Both the position numbers and the translations under genes were made by a program. A stretch of 63,063 nt of DNA, filler included, from Phoronis australis (lineage: Eukaryota; Animalia; Phoronida), in NCBI GenBank assembly GCA_002633005.1. It is 6 parts of 6 records of this genome, joined end to end, with 100 filler letters (N's around TTAATTAATTAA, not from the genome) between each part and the next. Parts side by side here need not be neighbours in the genome. Positions count along the whole stretch, not along the records: positions 31,777 to 37,775 come from NMRA01002243.1; positions 37,876 to 55,015 come from NMRA01001494.1; 4 more parts are not named here. One strand, given 5' to 3'. The notes below the pieces were generated by a model. The model saw only the letters and a list, made by a program, of their open reading frames with translations. It searched no databases and had not been told where the DNA came from. Positions 31,733 to 42,437 of this stretch are shown piece after piece; the stretch's first letter is position 1, and each line of letters opens with the position of its first letter.

Positions 31733-32305
31733 NNNNNNNNNNNNNNNNNNNNNNNNNNNNNNNNNNNNNNNNNNNNGGTCAATGCTCTAATAATTTGTAC
31801 ACCAATGTACAACATGTGAACTACTTTTCGCCAGACAACTAACATTTAATTAGACAAATAATCTAGTGTACAACACCTACATTGTACTGTACTGAGTATA
31901 AGACATCATTGTCCTGTTTTACTCAGGTTGTACAGACTGTTCCTATTGAACTAAGAATTACTTACTAGAGGAATAACTATATACAACTTTGAACATCCTA
32001 GTATCTAACCAACCACCAGAGTGTTGACCAAAAAGAAGTGTGGATTACTCAAAACTTAAAACTTATCTTTGTATTTCCCTTATAATACACATTCGTAAGG
32101 TGAGGCATCAATAACATCCATTTCGTGTTCAATGTAAATTTATTCTAACAAACACATATCTACCAAAAATGCATGAAATATCAGTGACACCAGAAGAACA
32201 CAGGCTATGTCTTATGGAGTATCATTACAGGTAAATGCATGATTCCAAGATTGCCTCCAGAGAATAATGAGGTTCAGCATGAGGTTGTAATCTCCTGTTA
32301 CTATC

Positions 32306-32555
32306 CATGGGCGCACCCAGCCTCCAATATGGGGGGCTCAAATTCCTGACTGTGGACCTTTTGGTAACAAAAAGGTGGGAGAACTAAAAAAAAAACGGGA
32401 GCACCACTGTGCATTGCACATTTGCGCATGTTTAATGGACTGATGCCTCCTTTTCTCGGACTTTTTGTCTCTCTGAGGTGGACCCTTTTGCCCACTTCGC
32501 CAAATGGGGGGGGGGCTCGTTTGAGCACCCCGAGCCTCCCCTGGGTGCGTGCATG
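32306..32555. mobile_element. hAT-like MITE, 5-bp TSD CTATC
   Basis: ctatc|CATGGGCGCACCCAG ... CTGGGTGCGTGCATG|ctatc. Confidence 0.85.
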
Positions 32556-32886
32556 CTATCTCTCACAGACTGCAGCAAAGGTGGTCTTATTCTTTTTGTG
32601 AGCTAAAAGCTAGATTTGACAGTATGACTCGTTCAATGCAGACTGCATTCATCTTTTTAATATTATCAAGTCTGGGGCAACTCACTGGACACGAAGCAAA
32701 GGTTATTTTGCCTGTGGGTGGACTGGCCCTGGAATGTAATGGTCCCCTTTCTGGATAAAACTAAGCAACACAATCAAACTGACAAGTCAGTGCAGTGTCA
32801 TGGATTGCCCGATGGTCACCTTCCACAAGGAAAGGAAAGGAAACCCACAGTCCAATGGTCAAGGTGTAGAGAGTGACCACACTATC

Positions 32887-35800
32887 TCACGTGTCTGAAT
32901 AGACGAGATGGAACAGGAAACCATTGCTGTAGGTTGGCATGTTGTGGTCGCGACTGTAATGAAGAACGGGAGACCTGAATGGATTGACCTGGGGTGTGGA
33001 AGTGGTGCCGATGCCAAGTCCTTCAACAGCCTCACGACTAACTTCACAACTGTAGCGGCAGTAGTCAGTGAAATAAGCTGGGATGCGATGCAACTGAAAT
33101 ACATTCAAGATCTTCAAACATCGAAGACACTGCAGTCAATATACTGGAGGTCATATGAGCACAAAAACACTTAAGTGACACAATGATCTTTGTTCAGGGC
33201 TCTGCTATTCAGAATTAATTGGGGGTAATAAAACATTTAACTTCTCAGCCAAGACCATAAACCTGCCTAAGTTCAGCAATCATGCACATGTGGTGGTCCG
33301 ATTTTTAGAGCACATGTACTTTTCAAAAATACATTATCGAACCATTTTATTTCACAAATTTTGTAGCATCAGTGATACTCTGGGTGAAATGGACAGGTTT
33401 AAAGTAACAGGGCTTGGAATGACCAATGGCAAAAACGCGGAAATTTTTACGGCCCGAAACATGCGCACAGCCAGCCTTGAAAAAGTCGGTGTGGACCCTT
33501 TGTCGACAAAAATCAAAAAAAAAAAGGTACCACCTCCGGAAGCGTGCGCCTGCGTCTGTCTTAGCTCGTCTGCCACTCCCACCTCCAAACGTTTTTGGCA
33601 GCAGAGTCGTAGTATTTGTCATTGCGGTTTACAATCACATGAGCCGCCATTCAGGAAATCCACCATGCTATCCCAGATGCCCCGGCAATGTTGACAATTT
33701 ATGTTCCTCCGAAACATAAAGAGCAACTTCCGCTTTTCGAGGTGAAAGTCGTCGGCAACACGGCGGTAAGAAAGAAATTTGCCGTGGAAATTTTATATCA
33801 AATCCGATTTTTTTTACGCGGAAATATAATAAAATACGCGGACAGAACATTTGAAAAAAGCGGAAATTCGCGTTTCCGCGGAAAATTCCAAGCCCTGAAG
33901 TAATGAAAATATACTAAAAATAAGTTTTAAAATTCTTTATTTCAAAGAAATCCTTTTGACCTGATTGTAACATCTCCGCCATCTAAAATGTTACTTTAAT
34001 ACCACTATTACGCTTTAATGCAAATTATTTGACTTACATTTGGACTCTATGCAAATCAACACCATATATGCAAAATACCGTAATTGGGCAAGTTCTACTC
34101 AAATGTCTCATACATACGTGGATGCGCCTAGCTTCAGCAATCATGCGCAGCTCCACAATTAGGTGCACGCAGTCAGTGCTCACTTTTATTAACACAAGGA
34201 ACAGTAGAAGAAACATAATATATTCTTAAGTAAAATAAAACAACAAAAACACTCGCGCAGATTTCATGCAATTCGAATCGTTTGAAATTCTGCTCACCTT
34301 AAGACATTTCAGTGTATCGTTCCACGACACGTAGGCTCCCACGCCGGCGTTGAACCCTAGCACAAAGTCAAATGCCTTGCAGCTGCCATGTTTGTGAAAC
34401 AATGTCCTGTGCCCGGTTATGGCTAGCTTGTTGAAGCGGGTTACAAGGCCATCCATTTTGACAGAAATTTCTGGTCCGAACATGTGAATGCCGATGTTCC
34501 AGGAGGGTTTCAACCGAGAAAGTTCCTGTAAGCGATTGACATAATGGCAAGGACAATGCATGCTAAGGTGCTTGCTTTAAAAGGACATTATCGGTGAGAA
34601 AAATGAATTTCTGAGAACACCCCGAGTGTGGAATCCGAACCTAGAATCCCATGGTTGCTGCCTAACACTATGACGGCAGTGCTAAAACCTTCTTGACAAA
34701 TGGTAGTTTTATAAGCATAGAATACAACTGTTAAAGTAGCCAGTTTTTATTTCAACGAATGTTTGGCAGACAACGGGAGACTTAGGGATTTATAATAAAA
34801 TCACAAAAACAATGGATTTTGTAGTTCCATATCTCAAGTCAAAACTAATAACCTCAAAAAGTTTATCCAGTCCAACGCTAATCCAAAAAATGCGTTTTTG
34901 GCTGCAAAAATGGTAATACCCAATTTAACTGGAAGACAGAAAATGAAGTNGACGCCAAGTCCTTCGACAGCCTCACGACTAACTTCACAACTGTAGCGGC
35001 AGTAGTCAGTGAAATAAGCTGGGATGCGATGCAACTGAAATACATTCAAGATCTTCAAACATCGAAGACACTGCAGTCAACATACTGGAGGTCATATGAG
35101 CGCAAAAACACTTCAGTGACACAATGATCTTTGTTCAGGGCTCTGCTATTCAGAATTAATAGGGGTAATAACTTCTCAGCCAAGACCATAAACCTGCCAA
35201 AGTTCAGCAATCATGCACATGCGGTGGTCCGATTTTTAGAGCACATGTACTTTTCAAAAATACATTATCGAACCATTTTATTTCACACATTTTGTAGCAT
35301 CAGTGATACTCTGTGTGAAATGGACAGGTTTAAAGTAATGGAAATATACTAAAAATAAGTTTTAAAATTCTTTATTTCAAAGAAATCCTTTTGACTTGAT
35401 TGTAAATAAAGTAAAAATTAAGATTCCTTTACCGTAGTCAAATACATCTCCGCCATCTAAAAAGTTACTTTAATACCACTATTACACTTTAATGCCAATT
35501 ATTTGACTTATATTTGGACTCTATGCAAATCAACACCATATATGCAAGTGTTACTCAAATGTCTCATACAGACGTGGATGTGCCTAGCTTCGGCAATCAT
35601 GTGCAGCTCCACAATTAGGTGCATGCGGTCAGTGATCAATTTATATTAACACAAGGAACAGTTAGAAGAAACACAATATAATCTTTAATAAAAATATAAG
35701 AACAAAAACACTCGCGCAGATTTCATGCAATTCGAATCGTTTGAAATTCTGCTCACCTTAAGACATTTCAGTGTATCGTTCCACGACACGTAGGCTCCCA

Positions 35801-37038
35801 CGCCGGCGTTGAACCCAAGCACAAAGTCAAATGCCTTGCAGCCCCCATGTTTGTGAAACAATGTCCTGTGCCCGGTTATGGCTAGCTTGTTGAAGCGGGT
35901 TACAAGGCCATCCATTTTGACAGAAATCTCTGGTCCGAACATGTGAATGCTGATGTTCCAGGAGTGTTTCAACCGAGAAAGTTCCTGTAAGCGATTGACA
36001 TAATGGCAAGGACAATGCATGCTAAGGTGCTTGCTTTAAAAGGACATTATCAATGAGAAAAATGAATTTCTGAGAACACCCTGAGTGTGGAATCCGAACC
36101 TAGAATCCCATGGTTGCTGCCTAACACTATGACGGCAGTGCTAAAACCTCGGCAAATGGCAGTTTTATAAGCATAGAATACAACTGTTAAAGTAACCAGT
36201 TTTAATTTCAACAAATGTCTGGCAGACAACGGTGAGAATTAGCGATTTAATATAATAAAATCACAAAAACAATGGATTTTGTAGTTCCCTATCTCAAGTC
36301 AAAACTAATAACTTCAAAAAGTTTATCCCGTCGAACGATAATCCAAAAAATGCGTTTTTGGCTGCAAAAACGGTAATACCCAATTTAACTGGAAGACAGA
36401 AAATGAAGTTACAGGTCACAATTAAAGAGCAAATATTTATGAAATGTGCTTCTAGGCAGCTGTTGCAATAGTTCGCAAAGGTCTTTTTTTGACAAACTAA
36501 CTAAACTTTGAGACTATACCTTTAATAACTGATTCATATCTGCACTGACAATTTTGCAAAGCTATTCACACCCACCAGATCTTTATAAAGCATTCAAAAG
36601 TTCCCTCCTACTCTAGCCAATAATCCAACAACTAGTGTTAACGGGAGACAATTACAGGAAGTGATGGGGCTCATCACGTGGGACCACCAACTCTTAGCCC
36701 CACCTGGGTGTACCAGGAGGTACTTCTTTGCAGCAGGTAGCATATGGTAATGTATTTGACTTTGTGAAAAGACCTCGTTTCATGGTGTACACAATGAGAC
36801 ATGATGTGTTTTAAATAAAAGTGAAAATGCCTCCTCATCCTCTAGAGGTCACTAGTATCCAGATCCATGTGATCAGTTGTCACGTTGATGCCTGAACCCC
36901 TCCTGTTAAAGGATGTCTATCAGAAAGCACATCAACTTCAGGGGATACCAATACGTACAAAAAATGTAGCTATCATATCGCACTCCTTCTCCACTCCGAG
37001 AATTCCAATTGTGATGACATCCTTTGCCCTGGTGGCAA
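32887..37038 (-). CDS. ZMYND15: ZMYND15/MSS51-family protein, 3' exons: 37038..36959, 34525..34298 (allelic copy 35984..35757), 33093..32887
   Basis: Spliced in frame: ..KDVITIGILGVEKECDMIATFF|ELSRLKPSWNIGIHMFGPE..FDFVLGFNAGVGAYVSWNDTLKCLK|LHRIPAYFTDYCRYSCE..STPQVNPFRSP..YSNGFLFHLVYSDT*. This resembles the ZMYND15 C-terminus as recalled (KIHVVEAGKEFDL..W/ELL; DLVIGFNSG; PAFFT; PQPNPFRSP; NAFIFHLVY). Splice sites are canonical. The 5' exons with the MYND finger are not in view. Confidence 0.85.
33010..36408. repeat. Direct duplication joined by a single N at 34950 (probable two haplotypes of one locus)
   Basis: 33010-34949 and 34951-36408 are highly similar, differing by small indels and one MITE present in only one copy. 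Confidence 0.85.
33408..33897 (+). mobile_element. hAT-like MITE with 6-bp TSD AAGTAA
   Basis: aagtaa|CAGGGCTTGGAAT ... ATTCCAAGCCCTG|aagtaa. The empty site ggtttaaagtaatgg is at ~35327-35341. Confidence 0.92.
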
Positions 37039-38758
37039 CTACAAACCAACAAATGATTAATCATTAAAATAAGTACACTAGTATTGGCAGTGATCAACAG
37101 GATATGGAAATTATAAATCTAGTTCCCTGGATTACTGTATACTTCAAAAATTCCCAATGGGATTAAGAAAATTTCAATTCAGGACAAATGCTGAATTGAC
37201 TCTTTTCCATTTCCAAAGGCTTACATATGAAACTGAGCTACAGTACATGCCAAAAGCATTCAGACAAAATTAACTGGAAATCACTGTCATGGCGCTTGGA
37301 CAGAAAGCACATTCATCGTCAGCCACCATGACAGGGAAATGGAATTTTGTCCAATTACTATCGTCTTGTACTGCATATGTTTCAAAAGCTCACTACGCTG
37401 ATGCGCTATAGACACCAAATGCAATCGCACAAAATACCATTCCCAGGCCGTGACGGGTCATTCCAGGCACTCTTGACGGTGAATTTTGCTTACACTCAAC
37501 CGTCAAAACCGGGAGTTTTGTTTGCACTTAGCCGTCATGATGGAAGGGGGTAGTTTGAGTAATTTTGCCAGATATTTTTTGCATGAATTATAAACGATCT
37601 ACTTAAACCAAAACGTTGCTTAAGATACAGTTACAATCCTATTTAGTATCATCAATGATTTAAACAATCAAAATGTCATTCTTTTTATAGCAAAACTGAA
37701 CATATTGTTTTCTCTACTGAGTAACGAGCATCCAATTGGTTCTCAAAATCAGTATCCCCCAAACAACAGTCATATNNNNNNNNNNNNNNNNNNNNNNNNN
37801 NNNNNNNNNNNNNNNNNNNTTAATTAATTAANNNNNNNNNNNNNNNNNNNNNNNNNNNNNNNNNNNNNNNNNNNNAAAGGTGGTTATTTAATTAGATTTT
37901 ATGTTATCCATTTCATGTTAGCTAAATGAAACCTCAAAAACTAAGAAAACGAAAGGTGGGTAATTTGTCTTTTGCGATTTCGATCTCACGTTCACGACGG
38001 TGGTTTGAGATAACATTTAAGTTATTTACCATAGCGTTTACCCGTCACTTTTAATGTAGTCTCGGTTGTATAAATTGGGGATGCGCGGTAAGCAGAGCGT
38101 AAGCACAAACCAAGTAGAAGTTTGGAAATTTTGGGAAGCAGAGACATTTAGTAAATTTACCACTAAAGCTCATTTTAGCAATGATAAAGACGATCTAACA
38201 AACATTCCTGGCTTTACAGACACAGAGACTTTGAATGGTACATTCGTACAAATAAACAAGAGCAATGCAGTGTGACAATCGTCCACCTCGTAAACGGCAC
38301 AGATATTAGGGTTGTTCATTTTTCCAAATATTTCTAGAGTAGTTGGATCCATGCGAAAATCAAAATCGGTTGTGGACATCAGCTGCGCTTTTCTCAATAT
38401 GAAAAAACATGCCAAATTTTGTACATGTCCATCCAAGAACTCAGGTATTGAGACATACACAAAGAAAACACAAATTGTCACAAGAGCAGACAGCGCAGTA
38501 AAACGACGCTTATTCAGGACACTAAGACATGGTGGAAAGATGGAATTTTATTTTCTCATGTTTTCATCAAAGAAATGTAGCACCAGCTTAACGGTTTACC
38601 ATGCTCAAATTCTGTACCATAGTCAAAAAGTTCATGAATCACGTTTTGAGATACAGGCAGATACCAGACAGGCAGTGAGGCAGACTGAGATGACAGCAAA
38701 ATAACCTCACGTGTGCGCATGTGTGCAGGGGAAAAAGGATGAGCTTAGGCTTACTCAC

Positions 38759-38919
38759 CCAAGAGAATGTTCAAATCTGTTGTGTGAAGCACCAGGGTAG
38801 ACAAAATAAACACCTCCCATCTGGCGAATGTAACGTAATCTTTGGAACTGTGGCGTGTCAATAATCTTCACGCACAATGGGTGCAGCTCAATATGACCGT
38901 GAATACTGTCATTGAACAC
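38759..38919 (-). CDS. SAMHD1: SAMHD1 dNTP triphosphohydrolase, HD-domain N-terminal exon
   Basis: [54 protein letters not shown]; 161-nt exon bounded by gcag and GTGAGT. Confidence 0.95.
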
Positions 38920-39635
38920 CTGCAAAAAACAATCAAATTCAATTGAAATGAAAACTAAGAAATTCACTCAAACTTCTGATGGCTCATCATTTATGGAAAA
39001 CTTATGTTTAAAACAAAGTACGAACTTAAAACGCAGGGAAGGGCATAGGGTGGATGAGAGGGAGGAGCAAAGTAAGGGAATAAAGGAGAAGTCATTTATT
39101 TGGAACTGTGATACAAATAAGGTACACATTTATAGCATAGACTTCAAAACAGTACGCTCCCGACACAAACATGCGCCATTTGGTCAATTTCTGCTACATC
39201 TTTAGGGAAATGGTGACAACTTCACAGAAAAAAATTCTTCAGAAATTCAGTTCACTGGTAATAAAATACTACAAACTTATAAAAAATGAAACCAAGCCCA
39301 GTAACTTGTTGTGAACGGTACATAACCTTGAAGAAAAAATGGCTGATTTCAATGAATCGGTGAAAAAGGAAGTTGACTCGGATGCTCAATTCAATGACTA
39401 TCAAACCTGACTTAAATGATTGCTGCAAAAGTGTAGCAGCAGAGTAACAGAATATCAGCTTCTTTACCACTTATAAATAATCTTCTTAATTCCAACAAGA
39501 TTGTTGTTTTTAATGACAGATTTTAGTTATCGGTTTTTTATCCATATTGTTCCAAAATCTAATTTGTGTTTATAGATTTTTATATCTAAGCTTAAGCTCT
39601 GTGTGCTTTTAAAACAAATGATTGAAATAGTAGTG

Positions 39636-39864
39636 AACAGTTTATTATTTAAAATGACTTGTTCTTATTAAAATGACATAGGCAAAAATTGAATTTCAGG
39701 CCTCAAAAGCGAGGCAACCTATATTAATATAGAGAGCCCCGCTCTCCGGCCGCCTTTCGGCGGGGCCTATATTAATATAGGTGGCCTCGCTTTTGAGGCC
39801 TGAAATTCGATTTTTTGCCTATGTCATTTTAATAAGAACAAGTCATTTTAAATAATAAGCTGTT
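39636..39864. repeat. Near-perfect 229-bp palindrome (foldback) in a SAMHD1 intron
   Basis: ~97-bp arms with few mismatches around a GC-rich loop, gccccgc..gcggggc. Confidence 0.95.
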
Positions 39865-40527
39865 AGAGGTACTTATTTTTATTCTTTTGTGATATAAGTG
39901 ATAGTGACATGCTCAGTAAGTGTAAATGATGTTTAACAATAGTAACAATAAGTTGTTTCTGTGAATTAGCAGACAGGAAGATTACGCTGCAAATAACACC
40001 ATAGTTTTCAGGTTTAGATTTCAGTAGGAACACTGTAGAAGCAGAGAAGTTTACTAAAACACTAGAAATTAATCTCTTAATTTACACACTACAACTTGCA
40101 TAATTTCTTATAAGTTTTTGTTACTTTTATCGTGTTTACAGTGTGAATGAGTCTAGCAATGTGTATAACCATTGCATAGCTCATGCCTGTGTAAAAATCA
40201 ATTTGTAAATTTATGCACGTGTTATAACAAGAATTATTTACCATTGCAGTGCCTAGTGGCCTAATGCGACATCACTTCCATGGTAGATAAGCTGTTCCTA
40301 ACAAACGTTGGGAAATGTCACCAATTTATTACAAAATTTGGCAGACAAATGAAATTTTGTATTCTCTCTTTTTGTGTGTTTAAGTTTTGTATCATAGCCA
40401 CCATCTTTAGAAGTCAATATTGTTGGAATTCACATCAACATTAGAATCCCTTAAACAATGATCAGAACATATAAAGTTTGGCAATCATTTTTGCCGAAAT
40501 AAGTGAAAATTGACCAAAAAGTCCTAC

Positions 40528-40594
40528 CTTAGTCTCCAGTGGATTCTTTAGTGAATTGATAATAACAAGGATTTTCTGTCCTATGCTCCTGGTG
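40528..40594 (-). CDS. SAMHD1: SAMHD1 preceding exon (probable end of SAM domain/linker)
   Basis: tttttcag|c ACC..TRSIGQKILVIINSLKNPLETK|GTAGG. The phase-0 end joins VFNDSIHG, like vertebrate ..DTMK|VINDPIH. Confidence 0.65.
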
Positions 40595-42437
40595 CTGAAA
40601 AACATTAAGTAGCATACTTACCAGACTACAACAATCACAACATAAAATCTATGCTTACTCATATGCTTTCTGCTACTTTTTTGAAACCTAAATGCCAGTG
40701 AACCCAATGCTAAATAATGGAGATTGGACAATTGGCATTATCTCAGGTACTTTGATGCTTCATCGTTTGGTATTGTCTCATCAGTCAGATCTCAATTTTT
40801 CAGGGCTGCATAGCACTTGTCAGGATTTCGAATACACAGTGGTACTCTCTGTGCTAACCTGGATTTCCATTCAAAGTCCTGAATTTCAACAGGTTCCAAC
40901 TATGTACATGTTATGAGGAATCAATGTATTAAAAGCAGACGGAAGCCCTATAGTTACTATGACAAGTGTGTATTGGGTATCCGGATGACAGCACCCTGAA
41001 AGTATGTGATTCTACATAATACCTCTATTTTCTTCCTTATTTTTTATTTTGGTGCGTCCCTGCGGATGGGCATGAGCTGTCTTCAACACCTCTTTTGGCG
41101 CTTTTTATTGCCCATCTTTCCAGAGCCTATTATTTTATATTTACTTATTATTTTAGACTCATATTTCTGTACCATTATTAGTCATAATAAATGACCTTTA
41201 TTTCGCGTGTATACGGTCTCCTTTTATCTCCGGAAACGGAGCTTGTGACACACCTATCCATTTAGGGACATATCTTGAACATAAATACCAGTGTTTGAAA
41301 GTTTATTAGTTTGTTTACATTTCTTCTCCAAACATCAGCAGAGAATGTTACATTAGCTAGGCAACAGTACAAGGTAACAGCCATGGGTGAGAAAGGTACA
41401 TATATTTCACCACAAAAACATGTAGACAATCGTACTATCAATGTTTTCAGTGGCACAAAGATCAAGTATTCTCAAATACAATGTCTAAACCTATTCTCAT
41501 CATATCAGTGTCCCCTGGCAATGGATTGTTAAGTAAATTCATATCAGTACCAACACGCTAGCTCTATGGCCTTGAATATGTGATATGAACAAGCAAATTT
41601 AATTTAGACTATCTTCGGGTCAACAAACCTTAGAAACAGCTGATCAGATTCATGAGAAACTTTCAAATACTCTGCTATTTGCACTTTCCAAAAAAAAACG
41701 ATTTTTTGCATGAGGGACTATAAAAATAAAACTTATGATTTTCGTGAAAAAAAATCAAAAGCTGCATATAAAAATGAGATGGAATATTTAAAAAACTGTA
41801 ACAGCATTTTTGAGATTTCATCTTTAACATATATATCAAATGAAATTTGGTAATGTTATTTCTCACATGACCTGCAATATGTTCGGACACGACTGGTTGG
41901 CAACACCATAGATTATAGACAACAGATTGGCTACTCATTTTCTTACGTTCTATCCTAGAGTGGGTGCCACTCTTCTAAATTATCTATTTCAGTTTCCCGT
42001 TAGTGCATTGTGAGAGCAGCCGACATGATTAGCAGACAACGTACTTGCCTGAAGTAAAACTTGCCAATTTGGCCAGGTGTCGCCAGTGAATAATGACAAA
42101 CCAGGGCTTCCGTAAGGGCATACAATCTTTCACAGTGCTACGAAAGGTAGCACTGTGGAATGATGTTTATGTAACGTGGCTTCACCGACGTCATAATATT
42201 CAGTCATTCCTATAGGTTGAAAACTTTTGCACTGTCTCCATCTGCTGTATGATATTTTTGAACTTTTATGGTGTGGCATGCGGGTCTGATGTTATTTTTT
42301 TACTGGATGTTGTGTTCCGTGTCGGCATATCGCAGCATAAGTTAGTGAAATTCAGCCAGTTTAGCCCACACGTGCACCAAGTTTATTGCCCCTCTATTAT
42401 TCCGAATCTATGAGCTATTGTCCAGTTCAGTAGTAGA

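Noticed and set aside
35757-35984. Tandem, mutually exclusive exon in ZMYND15
   Set aside because: It lies in a single-N-joined duplicate that also repeats introns and part of the last exon; an allelic artefact is more likely.
36075-36153. tRNA gene on the - strand (GGTTCGGATTCC B-box; also ~34615-34690)
   Set aside because: No cloverleaf and a poor A box; at most a decayed SINE head.
36959-38919. SAMHD1-ZMYND15 fusion gene
   Set aside because: Intron phases are incompatible and an unsized gap lies between them.
41940-42110. Further upstream SAMHD1 (SAM-domain) exons
   Set aside because: Candidate donors exist, but the frames contain stops or lack SAM similarity.
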